Made by a program: the position numbers and the translations under genes
Part shown: positions 8,731 through 17,810 of the stretch, piece after piece
How the letters are laid out: the number at the start of each line of letters is the position of its first letter
Position numbering within the stretch: position 1 is the first letter of the stretch
Notes under the pieces: model-generated
What the model saw: only the letters and a program-made list of their open reading frames with translations
Database searches by the model: none
Told to the model about the DNA's origin: nothing
IMG/VR virus record: IMGVR_UViG_3300035180_001220
Coordinates: 1-64,000 of that record
DNA: 64,000 bases
Direction: 5' to 3' (one strand)
Origin: a virus
Taxonomy: Duplodnaviria > Caudoviricetes

Positions 8731-8861
8731 GGAGATGTAGTGTAATGGTAGCACGCGAAAAACATCGATCGCATTTTTTAGTTAGTAAAATAACCGGCCA
8801 GCTGATTGGTTATCACCCGTCACGTGCGAAGACCTCGGTTCGATTCCAGGTATCTCCACCA
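8731..8861 (+). ncRNA. tRNA-bodied (circularly permuted) Y-RNA-like molecule A
   Basis: ggagatg/tatctcc-ACCA acceptor plus D and T arms; anticodon arm replaced by the AACCG..GGTTATC module. Confidence 0.65.
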
Positions 8862-8899
8862 GATTACACTCTGTATAAATAGTGTTATAATAGATTAAG

Positions 8900-9042
8900 T
8901 TCTTAAATTTTAGAGTAACCGTTGGTCCTTGGTTATCTAACTTTATTTGGTATAAAAACCCGAGGTGGTTCGATTCCACCGTGCTCTAAGTGGACAAGGA
9001 GAGCAATTCCCAAGCCGTTTTTGTTGCCCTAAAATTTAAGAA
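8900..9042 (+). ncRNA. YrlA-like Y RNA
   Basis: ~20-bp terminal stem, AACCG..GGTTATC, internal T arm ggtggTTCGATTccacc, pyrimidine-rich 3' strand. Confidence 0.65.
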
Positions 9043-9046
9043 TTAA

Positions 9047-9134
9047 GGAAGTATGGCAGAGTGGTCGATTGCACCGCACTTGAAATGCGGAGGCTCTAAC
9101 GGGTCCGTGGGTTCGAATCCTACTACTTCCGCCA
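9047..9134 (+). tRNA. tRNA-Ser(TGA)
   Basis: Canonical, long V arm, GCCA. Confidence 0.92.
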
Positions 9135-9150
9135 GTTAGTTGAATATTTT

Positions 9151-9225
9151 GGGCTGATAGTATAATTGGGAATACAGTAGCTTTGCAAGCTTCAGTCCGG
9201 GGTTCGAATCCCCGTCGGTCCACCA
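9151..9225 (+). tRNA. tRNA-Ala(TGC)
   Basis: TT-TGC-AA loop, G3-U70, ACCA. Confidence 0.88.
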
Positions 9226-9232
9226 AAATAAC

Positions 9233-9316
9233 CGGAGCGTCGGCAAGCCAGGTATGTCACTGCGTTTGGGACGCAGCGCGAAAGCATCGCAGGTTCGAAT
9301 CCTGCCGCTCCGACCA
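9233..9316 (+). tRNA. tRNA-Pro(TGG) with extended variable region
   Basis: ctgcg-TTTGGGA-cgcag; cggagcg acceptor. Confidence 0.85.
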
Positions 9317-9335
9317 ATTTTTCTACTGAATTTAA

Positions 9336-9614
9336 ATGACTAATAAAAATCAACTTGTACCCGGTGATCTTGCTATTGTGATTAAGAGTCTTGACGGACA
9401 TGCTGTGGGAAAGATTGTTGAGTGTATCTCTATGGATGGAGAACATTCTCAATATGGTAAGATGTGGTTATGCAAATTTAGAACAAATGTAGTATCAGAG
9501 TATGGTGCAGTAGGAACTAAAATGCATGTACCACAGGACTGGTTACGAAAGATTCCAAGTGATCCTTTAGATGAAGAGGACCTTTACAGAGTAACAGATG
9601 AGTTAACTGTATAA
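9336..9614 (+). CDS. hypothetical SH3-like small protein
   Basis: LVPGDLAIVI...VGKIVEC...DWLRKI pattern. Confidence 0.65.
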   Translation: MTNKNQLVPGDLAIVIKSLDGHAVGKIVECISMDGEHSQYGKMWLCKFRTNVVSEYGAVGTKMHVPQDWLRKIPSDPLDEEDLYRVTDELTV

Positions 9615-9624
9615 AATAGATAAG

Positions 9625-9699
9625 GCGGGAGTAGCTCAGTTGGTAAAATCGGACGTTGCCAATGTCTAGTCGAGGGTTCGAACCCCTTCTCCCGATCCA
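9625..9699 (+). tRNA. tRNA-Gly(GCC), slightly degenerate
   Basis: TT-GCC-AA loop, TCCA. Confidence 0.75.
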
Positions 9700-9820
9700 T
9701 TTTAATTTTGAATGGGACATGAACTCGTAATACGCGAGCTACGCTACCTAGTTAAGCTACCATGCTGGAACTTAACACGCAAAATTATACATTGCAACTT
9801 TGTATAATAGGAGTACAATC

Positions 9821-11371
9821 ATGGCCAAACAAATCGGCACCGTCTCAGAAATTCACGGATACGTTTTAGCAAAATCCCCTAATGGGAATGTACATGCTCT
9901 AAAGGTAGGCGATGCCATTTTTGAGGGTGAAACAATCGTAGCAGGAACTGAAGCATCAATTGCAATCACAGAAGATAATAGTGTTCCACTAATGATTACA
10001 TCTGGACAAACAGTTCTAATTGATGCTAACGTTTTAGGAACATCTTCAGCCCAAGATAGTTCATTACAGCCTGGAACTGCTAATACAGTTATCACAGCAT
10101 TAGATCGTGGTCAAGATTTATCCACTACATTAGATGCAACTGCAGCTGGTCTTGGAGGTGGAGATGCTGCAGGTGAAGGACACAGTTTTGTAGTACTTGG
10201 TCGTATCCTTGAAGGTGTAAGTAGTAATCAATACGCATACGGATTTAATCCTCTAGGTGTTCCAGATGTTCCTCAAGGCATAGGCGAAGTACATTCAGCA
10301 CAAGTAGCTGTGTCTGTACCTCCTGCAGAACCTGTACCTCCTGCAGAACCTGTACCTGTACCTGAGCCTGTTCCTCCAGTTGAGCCTGTACCTGAGCCTG
10401 TTCCTCCAGTTGAGCCTGTACCTACTGTACCTGTACCTGTACCACCAGTTATTCCTGTTCCACCAGTTGAACCTATTCCTGAACCTGAACCTGAACCTGA
10501 ACCTGTACCACCAGTTATACCTGTACCTCCTGTAGAACCTATTCCTGAACCTGTACCACCAGTTATACCTGTACCTCCTGTAGAACCTATTCCTGAACCT
10601 GTACCACCAGTTATACCTGTACCTCCTGTAGAACCTATTCCTGAACCTGTACCACCAGTTATTCCTGTACCTCCTGTTCCACCAGTTATTCCTGTTCCTC
10701 CTGTTCCTCCTGTACCTCCAGTTGACGATAAAGAACATAAGGATAATGGCAGGGGTAACGGAGTAGATGATGCACCAGGTAATAGCGGTAATACAAAGGG
10801 TGATGATGCTGACGGGTCTAATACACCTGGCACAATCGATACATCAGGTGATCACTCACACGTTCCGCCAGCTCAGCCTCCTGGCCGCGCCCTGCATTCT
10901 GCTGATACATCTCACCCGAATAATGATGGTGGTAACGGTGTAGACTCAGCACCAGGTAATAGCGGTAATACAAAGGGTGATGGGGCCGATGGGTCAAATA
11001 CGCCAGGCACAACTACAGATCCGCTGCCAAGTCCTATTCCACCAGTAGATGATACTATTCACAGTAATAGCGGCCACAACAATGGATGGGGTAATGGAGA
11101 TCAAGCTGCCCCTGGAGCCAGCGGACCTGTTAACAATGCAGAGAATAATACATCTGGATTAACTGATCCAAGTCATGGCAATAATGCACTAAATGTTGCT
11201 GATGTTCTTCCACCTGCAGATGATATTGTCCTGCCTGGTAACAGCAATACTGGTGGGCATGGGCATGGGCATGGGCATATTCAGCCAACTATTGATGTCT
11301 GTACGAATCCAGCTGATCAGATTATTGCAGGCCTTGTAAAGAATGCTGCAAATAATGGTCATCACAGCTAA
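9821..11371 (+). CDS. retention-module-containing (T1SS adhesin-like) Pro-rich protein
   Basis: N-terminal LKVGDAIFEGE...LDATAAG...GHSFVVLGRI retention module; PEPVPPV repeats; GNG-rich repeats; C-terminal LNVADVL. Confidence 0.8.
   Translation: MAKQIGTVSEIHGYVLAKSPNGNVHALKVGDAIFEGETIVAGTEASIAITEDNSVPLMITSGQTVLIDANVLGTSSAQDSSLQPGTANTVITALDRGQDLSTTLDATAAGLGGGDAAGEGHSFVVLGRILEGVSSNQYAYGFNPLGVPDVPQGIGEVHSAQVAVSVPPAEPVPPAEPVPVPEPVPPVEPVPEPVPPVEPVPTVPVPVPPVIPVPPVEPIPEPEPEPEPVPPVIPVPPVEPIPEPVPPVIPVPPVEPIPEPVPPVIPVPPVEPIPEPVPPVIPVPPVPPVIPVPPVPPVPPVDDKEHKDNGRGNGVDDAPGNSGNTKGDDADGSNTPGTIDTSGDHSHVPPAQPPGRALHSADTSHPNNDGGNGVDSAPGNSGNTKGDGADGSNTPGTTTDPLPSPIPPVDDTIHSNSGHNNGWGNGDQAAPGASGPVNNAENNTSGLTDPSHGNNALNVADVLPPADDIVLPGNSNTGGHGHGHGHIQPTIDVCTNPADQIIAGLVKNAANNGHHS
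10312..10722 (+). repeat. coding tandem repeats (cctgtacc/ccagtt units encoding PEPVPPVIPVPPVE)
   Basis: Near-perfect 48-nt units at 10500-10660. Confidence 0.9.
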
Positions 11372-11513
11372 TAAATAAGACACGAAATCTCTCCATTTAC
11401 GAAACATTGTTTGTTAATGCAAACTCAAGGGAAAGTTATCTAAGATGCTGTCCTGTAGTTGCTGCAAAATTGGAAATGGAGAGCGTCTAAAAGAAGCGCA
11501 AAAAAGAAATTAA

Positions 11514-11604
11514 GGAGTGTAGGCTGGATGGTCAGGCCCTGCAGTTTTAAACCATAGAGCCGCTAATACTGGCTCGCAGGGTTCGACTTCCCGATACTCC
11601 GCCA
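11514..11604 (+). pseudogene. Ser-type tRNA, degenerate anticodon arm (loop reads TTA)
   Basis: ggagtgt/atactcc-GCCA, long V arm, poorly paired anticodon stem. Confidence 0.5.
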
Positions 11605-11806
11605 AATAACAAGAGAATATGAAACTAAATAGATACGAAGTTAGAATGAATGCGAACACATATACGCCTGAGCTACTCATGACTATTTCTGTTCCACTTG
11701 AGCTTATTGAGAACGTAGATTCAATGTGTAAAGAAGAATCCATTCATGTCTTAGGCTCATATCTTCTAGAAATTTTTAATGAAATGCAGAAGAACGAAAG
11801 TAAGCA

Positions 11807-12448
11807 ATGAAGCTTTCAGAAATTTATAAGGCACTGTTGGAATCACCTTATCAGCATGATGGGGGAATGGAGCGTGAACCATTTAGTTTGACATTCACAT
11901 CTAATAGCTCATTAGATCGCAATTATAAATTATTAGGGTTGATTGAGGTTGAAGATGAAATGGTCGGAATTTATTCCCTTAAAGGTGCTACTAAAGTAAT
12001 AGGTACTATTAAGCAAAATAAGCCAGCACCTAATAATGAACAATCTAATAGAGTTGTATTTTCGCTCAAATTTAAGCCAAAGCATACTTTAACAAAAATA
12101 CCTTCTAATTTGGATCAATCTAAAATTATTCAGGTTGATAAAGTTTCTACAGATAAATCATTTGAAGGTTTTGGAATTGCATCATATGCTTATGCCCAAT
12201 TAGCTAAACTTGGATTTACCATTTTATCAGATACATCTCAATTTACAGATGGTAGAAAGCTTTGGGAAAAAATGGCTAAAGAAGCACATTTGAATTCCTA
12301 TGAAATTTTTATCTTAGATGATGAATATGGATTTAAGGAAAGGGATGGAAAGCCTATTTCTTATAATGGCTCAAATATAAATGCAAATGAAATTTGGTCA
12401 AGTGGCGAAGATTATTCCAAAGAACATATTGTTCTAGTAATGAGATGA
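11807..12448 (+). CDS. GNAT-like protein with MKLxEI virion leader
   Basis: FEGFGIASYAY...SDTSQFTDGRKLWEKM. Confidence 0.65.
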   Translation: MKLSEIYKALLESPYQHDGGMEREPFSLTFTSNSSLDRNYKLLGLIEVEDEMVGIYSLKGATKVIGTIKQNKPAPNNEQSNRVVFSLKFKPKHTLTKIPSNLDQSKIIQVDKVSTDKSFEGFGIASYAYAQLAKLGFTILSDTSQFTDGRKLWEKMAKEAHLNSYEIFILDDEYGFKERDGKPISYNGSNINANEIWSSGEDYSKEHIVLVMR

Positions 12449-12670
12449 TCTTGCTTTCTTGGCTGTTTTATTATCTTGGATGCTTTGCATGCCGGATATT
12501 AGAATTGAATCATGAAAGTGAATGGTGGGCAGGATTTTGGTATCCTATCTATAACTGGTTCATGATAAAGTCGGTAGATTTACAAGCTAAGAATCCGAGG
12601 GGACCTTGGCAATAACTTCTTGATGCAGAAGTTCTTTTCGATGACAACACACAACACACTGGAGATTATT

Positions 12671-12919
12671 ATGTCAAACAAAACACCTTTTGAAATTCGC
12701 CTTGAGCTTTTGCACATCGCAAAGGACTATCTTGATAACGCTCAACAAGCCCAAATTCAACTTGCTAAGGATGCCTTCTACAAATCCGTAGAACTCGGCA
12801 ATCTTACTGTTCAGCAAATGAATGAACAAATCAGAGCTCTCATGCCTGAGCCTTACGCTGTAGACGAGATCGTAAAGAAAGCTGCCGAGATGTACACCTT
12901 CATCACCAAGAAGGACTAA
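12671..12919 (+). CDS. conserved phage protein (KTPFEIRLELL)
   Basis: SD ggag; motif recurrent in large phages. Confidence 0.7.
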   Translation: MSNKTPFEIRLELLHIAKDYLDNAQQAQIQLAKDAFYKSVELGNLTVQQMNEQIRALMPEPYAVDEIVKKAAEMYTFITKKD

Positions 12920-12921
12920 TT

Positions 12922-13104
12922 ATGCTTGAAAAGATTCTCAACTATCTAAAGAAGGCATTTGAATCCAAGCCAAAGGTTAGCGAGCTTGAAGAGTATCTTC
13001 ACCGCAATGCAGATTCAATTCGCACAAATATTGACCTTGAATACTACACCAAGTTGTTCGATGACCGTCAGAGAGTGAACTCGCGGTTCTACCGTAGTAT
13101 ATGA
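12922..13104 (+). CDS. small protein, DUF3563-like
   Basis: EEYL..ADS..DLEY pattern; tentative. Confidence 0.5.
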   Translation: MLEKILNYLKKAFESKPKVSELEEYLHRNADSIRTNIDLEYYTKLFDDRQRVNSRFYRSI

Positions 13105-13147
13105 CAGGATATCACTTTTTGCGTGAGCATTACTAAATAGATGGTAT

Positions 13148-13223
13148 TCCTCAATAGCTCAGTCGGTAGAGCGCCGGACTGTTAATCCGTAGGTCCCTGG
13201 TTCGAGCCCAGGTTGAGGAGCCA
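13148..13223 (+). tRNA. tRNA-Asn(GTT)
   Basis: Canonical host-like cloverleaf, GCCA. Confidence 0.95.
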
Positions 13224-13244
13224 ATCTACATCATCCGCACTAAA

Positions 13245-14300
13245 ATGTCAAAAGTACTATTCATCTTAAAACGGCGCGAAGACTTCAACAGCGCAATTCA
13301 TACAGCTGAGGGTCTCAGCACTGGGCTTTACAACTCAGCTAGCTTTATGAGGGACATGCTAAATGACAACGGGGTGGAATCAAAGATGGTCGTTGTTATT
13401 GACAACAATGATATCGACCGTGAAGTTACCAAGTATAGACCAACCCACGTTATCATTGAAGCTCTGTGGGTTGTTCCTACTAAGTTCGAAGTTCTCCTGC
13501 GCCTTCACCCAACAGTAAAGTGGATAATTCGTCTCCACAGTGAAATGCCATTCATGGCAGGAGAAGGTATCGCAATGAACTGGATAGGTGATTACTGTTC
13601 CTTTAAGAATGTTATCATTGGAGTTAATGCACCTCGCATGATGAATGAGGTAAATTTCTTCCTTCAGCACAAGTTCGGATGGACGGATGCTGTATCGGCA
13701 GAGAAGGTTATCTACATGCCAAACTTCTACCCGCAACTCTACAAACCAGCTAAGACCATTAACTACGAGTCTGATGTAGTTAATATTGGCTGCTTTGGTG
13801 CTGTCAGACCACTGAAAAATCACCTGGTCCAGGCTGTTGCAGCTCTTAAGTTCGCAAAGAAACACCATAAGAAACTTCGCTTCCACATAAATGCTGGACG
13901 AATCGAAATGAAGGGTGACTCAGTTGTTCACAACCTTACAGCTCTCTTCTCTCACCTCACTGATCTTGGACACGAGCTTATAAACAATCAGTGGACCCCA
14001 AGAGAACAATTCCTTGAGCTCTGTGCAACGATGGACATCGGTATGCAGTGCAACTTCAGTGAAACATTCAACATAGTTGGATGTGATCTGATAAGCCAGG
14101 GAGTACCCCTACTAGGTAGCTCAGAAATTCCATGGTTGAGTAGCGATGCATGGTGTGATCCCACTGAATCAGATATGATTGCTAACAAGCTCAGCGCGAT
14201 CTACGACAACCCATCCGATAATGTAAATAAGAATCAAGCTCTACTAACTAAATACACTAACAATACCGTCAGTGTCTGGGTAGATTATTTCAAAGGATGA
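13245..14300 (+). CDS. GT-B glycosyltransferase (family 1/4-like)
   Basis: GCFGAVRPLKN and SETFNIVGCD...GVP motifs. Confidence 0.8.
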   Translation: MSKVLFILKRREDFNSAIHTAEGLSTGLYNSASFMRDMLNDNGVESKMVVVIDNNDIDREVTKYRPTHVIIEALWVVPTKFEVLLRLHPTVKWIIRLHSEMPFMAGEGIAMNWIGDYCSFKNVIIGVNAPRMMNEVNFFLQHKFGWTDAVSAEKVIYMPNFYPQLYKPAKTINYESDVVNIGCFGAVRPLKNHLVQAVAALKFAKKHHKKLRFHINAGRIEMKGDSVVHNLTALFSHLTDLGHELINNQWTPREQFLELCATMDIGMQCNFSETFNIVGCDLISQGVPLLGSSEIPWLSSDAWCDPTESDMIANKLSAIYDNPSDNVNKNQALLTKYTNNTVSVWVDYFKG

Positions 14301-14304
14301 AATC

Positions 14305-14502
14305 ATGGCAGAAAAAGAAAAGCATAAGGTCGAAACGTTCCATTGGATTGAGAACGTAATTAAGAAAACCGTTTACTTCTTCGAGAGAGTTGAAGAAGCT
14401 TTGCACTTTGCAAAGCAGAGTCACGCTCATGACGTAAAGGTCTACAATCATGAAGGTGAACTTATTCACTGCAAGAATCATGGTGGCGAGACCTATGCAT
14501 AA
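14305..14502 (+). CDS. hypothetical protein
   Basis: 65-aa ORF with SD, follows the GT gene. Confidence 0.6.
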   Translation: MAEKEKHKVETFHWIENVIKKTVYFFERVEEALHFAKQSHAHDVKVYNHEGELIHCKNHGGETYA

Positions 14503-14764
14503 GCCTATTCGTCAAATGACAAATACTGAGCTATCTGATTACATTAGCTCAGTTACCATTCGCGCGCTTCATCTTCTTCACAATGATACTGACAGCATTC
14601 GTAAGTTAGCTCGTGAAGCAGTTGCTAAGTTAGCTTCAGCTCTTGATGGCACGGACGATGAGTTTGATCATTATGTTCCAAAGGCTCTCATGATGCTGGC
14701 GATTCTTGACCACATGACAGACCGCCGAACAGTTGGTGAAGTCTGCGATTACCTGAACTTCTAA
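14495..14764 (+). CDS. hypothetical protein
   Basis: ORF overlapping the previous stop. Confidence 0.55.
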   Translation: MHKPIRQMTNTELSDYISSVTIRALHLLHNDTDSIRKLAREAVAKLASALDGTDDEFDHYVPKALMMLAILDHMTDRRTVGEVCDYLNF

Positions 14765-14913
14765 GCAGAATAGGAAAGTATCTGAGGTCGAGAGCCTATT
14801 CCTCAGCGAGACCCCAGCTTAAGCTGAACCACACCAGGCAATTGGAGCCGAAATGTCGTAGCTTTAGTTTTACAGAACACCGCAAATAGTGTATAATTAC
14901 TTATAACGAATTT

Positions 14914-15105
14914 TTAGTAATGTACTAGTGCATAGCGGCGGTTTAATTCACAGCCTTGCTTATCGGAGCTCCTATTCTTTCTACTTTCTAGATAAGAGTA
15001 GGGTATGATAAGAATCTCTTATAAACTGGGAGTCATAACCCAGACAAATAGAGATCAGCCATAATTTATGTGGTGGCAGTAAGACTAGCCCATTTCCATT
15101 ACTAA
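14914..15105 (+). ncRNA. unclassified structured RNA after a sigma70-like promoter
   Basis: ttagtaatg/cattactaa terminal stem, several internal hairpins, no ORF. Confidence 0.45.
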
Positions 15106-15120
15106 TAAATTTTGGTTAGT

Positions 15121-15231
15121 GCAACGGTAGCTTAAGTGGTAAAAGCAGTGGACTCTCACGAAGCATCTGCCAACCGGCGGGTGCTTAAGATAATCCACCG
15201 ACATTGGGTTCAAGTCCCAAACGTTGCACCA
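15121..15231 (+). tRNA. tRNA-Met/Ile2(CAT) with 34-nt anticodon insertion (15156-15189)
   Basis: Removing tcacgaagcatctgccaaccggcgggtgcttaag restores gtgga-CTCATAA-tccac (a one-nt shift gives GAT). Confidence 0.7.
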
Positions 15232-15276
15232 TTAATCTCTGGGTTCAAGTCCTGGGTCGCATCAAATAGAAAGAAG

Positions 15277-15700
15277 ATGATGAAACAAATTTTAGGTTTC
15301 AAAGATGAACATAGTTGGCTATCAAACTTCACGCCATGTGAAGTAGAATTTGACGGCGATTTTTTACCCAAGCGTCGAGCATGCACACATTGCCGCAAAA
15401 ACATTTGACCCTGTTTTGCGTCAGCAAATCAAAACACTTCCAACTGGTAAGGCTAAAAGATTCGGGGCAAAGATTACATTGATCCCTGATTGGGATATAA
15501 TAAAACTAAACGTAATGGAGCATTTGCTTAAACAGAAGTTTAGGCAAGAACCATTTAGAACATTGCTTCTTGCAACAGGTGATGCTTATATCGAAGAAAC
15601 AAACTGGTGGAAGGATACTTTCTGGGGTGTTTGTACTGGTGTAGGACAGAACAATTTAGGTAAGATGATAATGGAAATACGAAAGGAAATGTGGTGTTGA
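15277..15700 (+). pseudogene. NADAR (YbiA-like) protein, frameshifted at a T-run near 15360
   Basis: WLSNF in one frame; YPSVEH..AAK...LLATGDAYIEE.NWWKDTFWGVC.G.GQNNLGK in the next. Confidence 0.8.
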
Positions 15701-16119
15701 TTAGTCAAATTAAAGCAGCTCAATTGGCTGCTCGTAAGCTTCGAAATCAAGTAGCAGCTTCTGCTCTTACTACTCTTATTGGTGAAGCTGAAATGGTTGG
15801 TAAGAATGCTGGGCGTGAAGTCACTGATGCAGAAGTTGTAGCAGTGGTTGGTAAGTTCATCAAGAACATCAACGAAACATTGAAGGCATTGCCAGTTAAT
15901 GATGCGCGCTCGTCTGCTTACCTGGAAGAACTTCGTATCTTTGAAGCATTTATGCCCCAACAATTGGATGCGATGCAGCTTGAAATGACTATCGCCGGGA
16001 TCACGGCAGCTGTTGGTAAGAATACGGGAGCCATTATGAAAGAGTTGAAGGCTGGGTTCAGCGGACAATATGATGGCAGGCAAGCATCTGAAATTGTTAA
16101 GCGGCTTGTGGCAGGTTAA
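15691..16119 (+). CDS. GatB/YqeY-like protein
   Basis: TDAEVVAVV...FMPQQL...GAIMKELK...YDG pattern. Confidence 0.8.
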   Translation: MVLISQIKAAQLAARKLRNQVAASALTTLIGEAEMVGKNAGREVTDAEVVAVVGKFIKNINETLKALPVNDARSSAYLEELRIFEAFMPQQLDAMQLEMTIAGITAAVGKNTGAIMKELKAGFSGQYDGRQASEIVKRLVAG

Positions 16120-16512
16120 ACGACCTTGTATAGTAAAATGTCAGAGAAAATTTTCTGACATTTTACTTCATGTTTTCTTTCATAGTTTAGAGTTTGATTA
16201 TGAAAACTGTGCCGGCATTTCCTGCCGCTCCATTCTGGTTCTATAGCTCGTATAAAAGTATGTCAGCCAAACCTTTTTCACAAATAAATTAGGTCAAGTC
16301 ATTCAGCCAGGTGATGCAGTAGTTATGATTACTTCTGGTCGCAATGGTCATACGAATATTCGTAAAGGTATCTATCTTGAAGACAACGGTAATGGTCCAG
16401 TATGCATGTGGGTCAACAGTAACTATTGGAAGCGAACAACACTTCCTTCAGGTCGTATTTTTCTGCTAAATACCCCCGTTAGCTGCAATCACATAACATT
16501 ATAGGACATCAC

Positions 16513-16785
16513 ATGAAATACAGAATTATAAAGAGAGAGCATTTCTCAGGTAAAGATACCATCTGTCGTTATCTTGTCGCCCAGTACAAGACCAATTTTC
16601 TTTCGCAGTGGAAGAATATTGAGTACTTTTATAAGTCTGATTTTGAAGATATTCCTGGAGTCTGGACCCATGTGTGCAGTGACTTAGTTCAAGCACGCAT
16701 GGCTCTTAATCAACACAAGAAAGGTATCGCTATCTTCGATACCTTGATGGTCAAGGTATCAGATACCTTGATCTTCGAAGAATAA
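16513..16785 (+). CDS. hypothetical protein
   Basis: MKYRII start, SD agga. Confidence 0.55.
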   Translation: MKYRIIKREHFSGKDTICRYLVAQYKTNFLSQWKNIEYFYKSDFEDIPGVWTHVCSDLVQARMALNQHKKGIAIFDTLMVKVSDTLIFEE

Positions 16786-17352
16786 ATGTCTAACCTTTGG
16801 TTAAATATCCGTTGGAAGTCTTACCACTTCCAATGGCAAAGGGGCGACTGGTCCCCACACATCCATCAGAACTCTTTCTGGCAACCTTCTTGGAAGACGT
16901 TCGCTATCTATCAAATAGGCAATTGGCACTCGGCTTGAACCAGTTATCGTAACTACTAAAGGCGAAAAATCTTTTGTGGTGGGAACAAAAAGTTTAAAAA
17001 GGCCCATCACTTGATCAAATTTACCAGGTGTGGAAAGATTTTGATGGTAAGAAGAACACATCTACTAAATCAAAATCCGGTCTCCCACTGAAGGTTGAAT
17101 AGCAAACCAAATGGTATTGTTATTACATTCACAGATGCGGCAAGCGCTAAAGAAGCCATCGAAGCTTCTATTGCATTGGCTGCTGCTAAAGTTAGCAAGG
17201 ATGTAAAATCAAAAGCTGCTTGGAAAGCAGGTGCTAATGATTGATGATTGATGAGCTTGCTAAGAAGGGCAAGCTAGGAAAATACGCTGAAGCAAAATAA
17301 GTTTACTTGATAGCTCCTTTAGGGTATAATAGAACTTCTAAAGGAGCTTATC

Positions 17353-17598
17353 GTGGATATTAAAGAACTTCGGTCTAAACTACACGAGGGTAAAGTTACT
17401 GTCACTTTCACAAAAGTGAATGGTGATGTTCGTGTAATGGATTGCACACTCAATATGGAATTAGTTCCACCATCGGGCTGGCCTCAAGGAAAGATTGAAC
17501 TTTCTGAAGATACTTCAAATCGAACCATTCGAGTTTATGATTTGAAAGCACAGGGCTGGCGTTCATTTGTATTTGATAATGTAACCAATATTGTATGA
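17353..17598 (+). CDS. WYL-like/SH3 beta-barrel phage protein (DUF2693-like)
   Basis: VTFTKVNGDVRVM.CTL...VYDL.AQGWRSF. Confidence 0.85.
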   Translation: MDIKELRSKLHEGKVTVTFTKVNGDVRVMDCTLNMELVPPSGWPQGKIELSEDTSNRTIRVYDLKAQGWRSFVFDNVTNIV

Positions 17599-17810
17599 GT
17601 ACATCTGTAAATAACATCACTGGGGATTTGATGCGCACCAAGGGTGCAACCAATGCTTATCGCGCCGGGCATGAGCGAATTTTTGGCGAACGAAAATTCG
17701 TTGAAAAAGAAATGTTCCGTATTAAAGAATGGGTCAAACAATTTGGAGACCCTACTAAAGAAGAATTCGACGAATACATTGCTACTGGAAAGATTAAAGA
17801 CAGATGCTAA
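17595..17810 (+). CDS. hypothetical protein
   Basis: NNITGD...AYR.G.ERIF pattern. Confidence 0.6.
   Translation: MSTSVNNITGDLMRTKGATNAYRAGHERIFGERKFVEKEMFRIKEWVKQFGDPTKEEFDEYIATGKIKDRC

Noticed and set aside
10273-10833. Minus-strand Gly/Thr-rich and Arg/Tyr/Trp-rich ORFs; CRISPR-like periodicity
   Set aside because: Antisense shadows of the Pro-rich coding repeat; no unique spacers between the repeats.
11514-11604. Functional ochre suppressor (TTA loop)
   Set aside because: Anticodon stem has two mismatches and TAA is a common stop here; more likely a decayed Ser tRNA.
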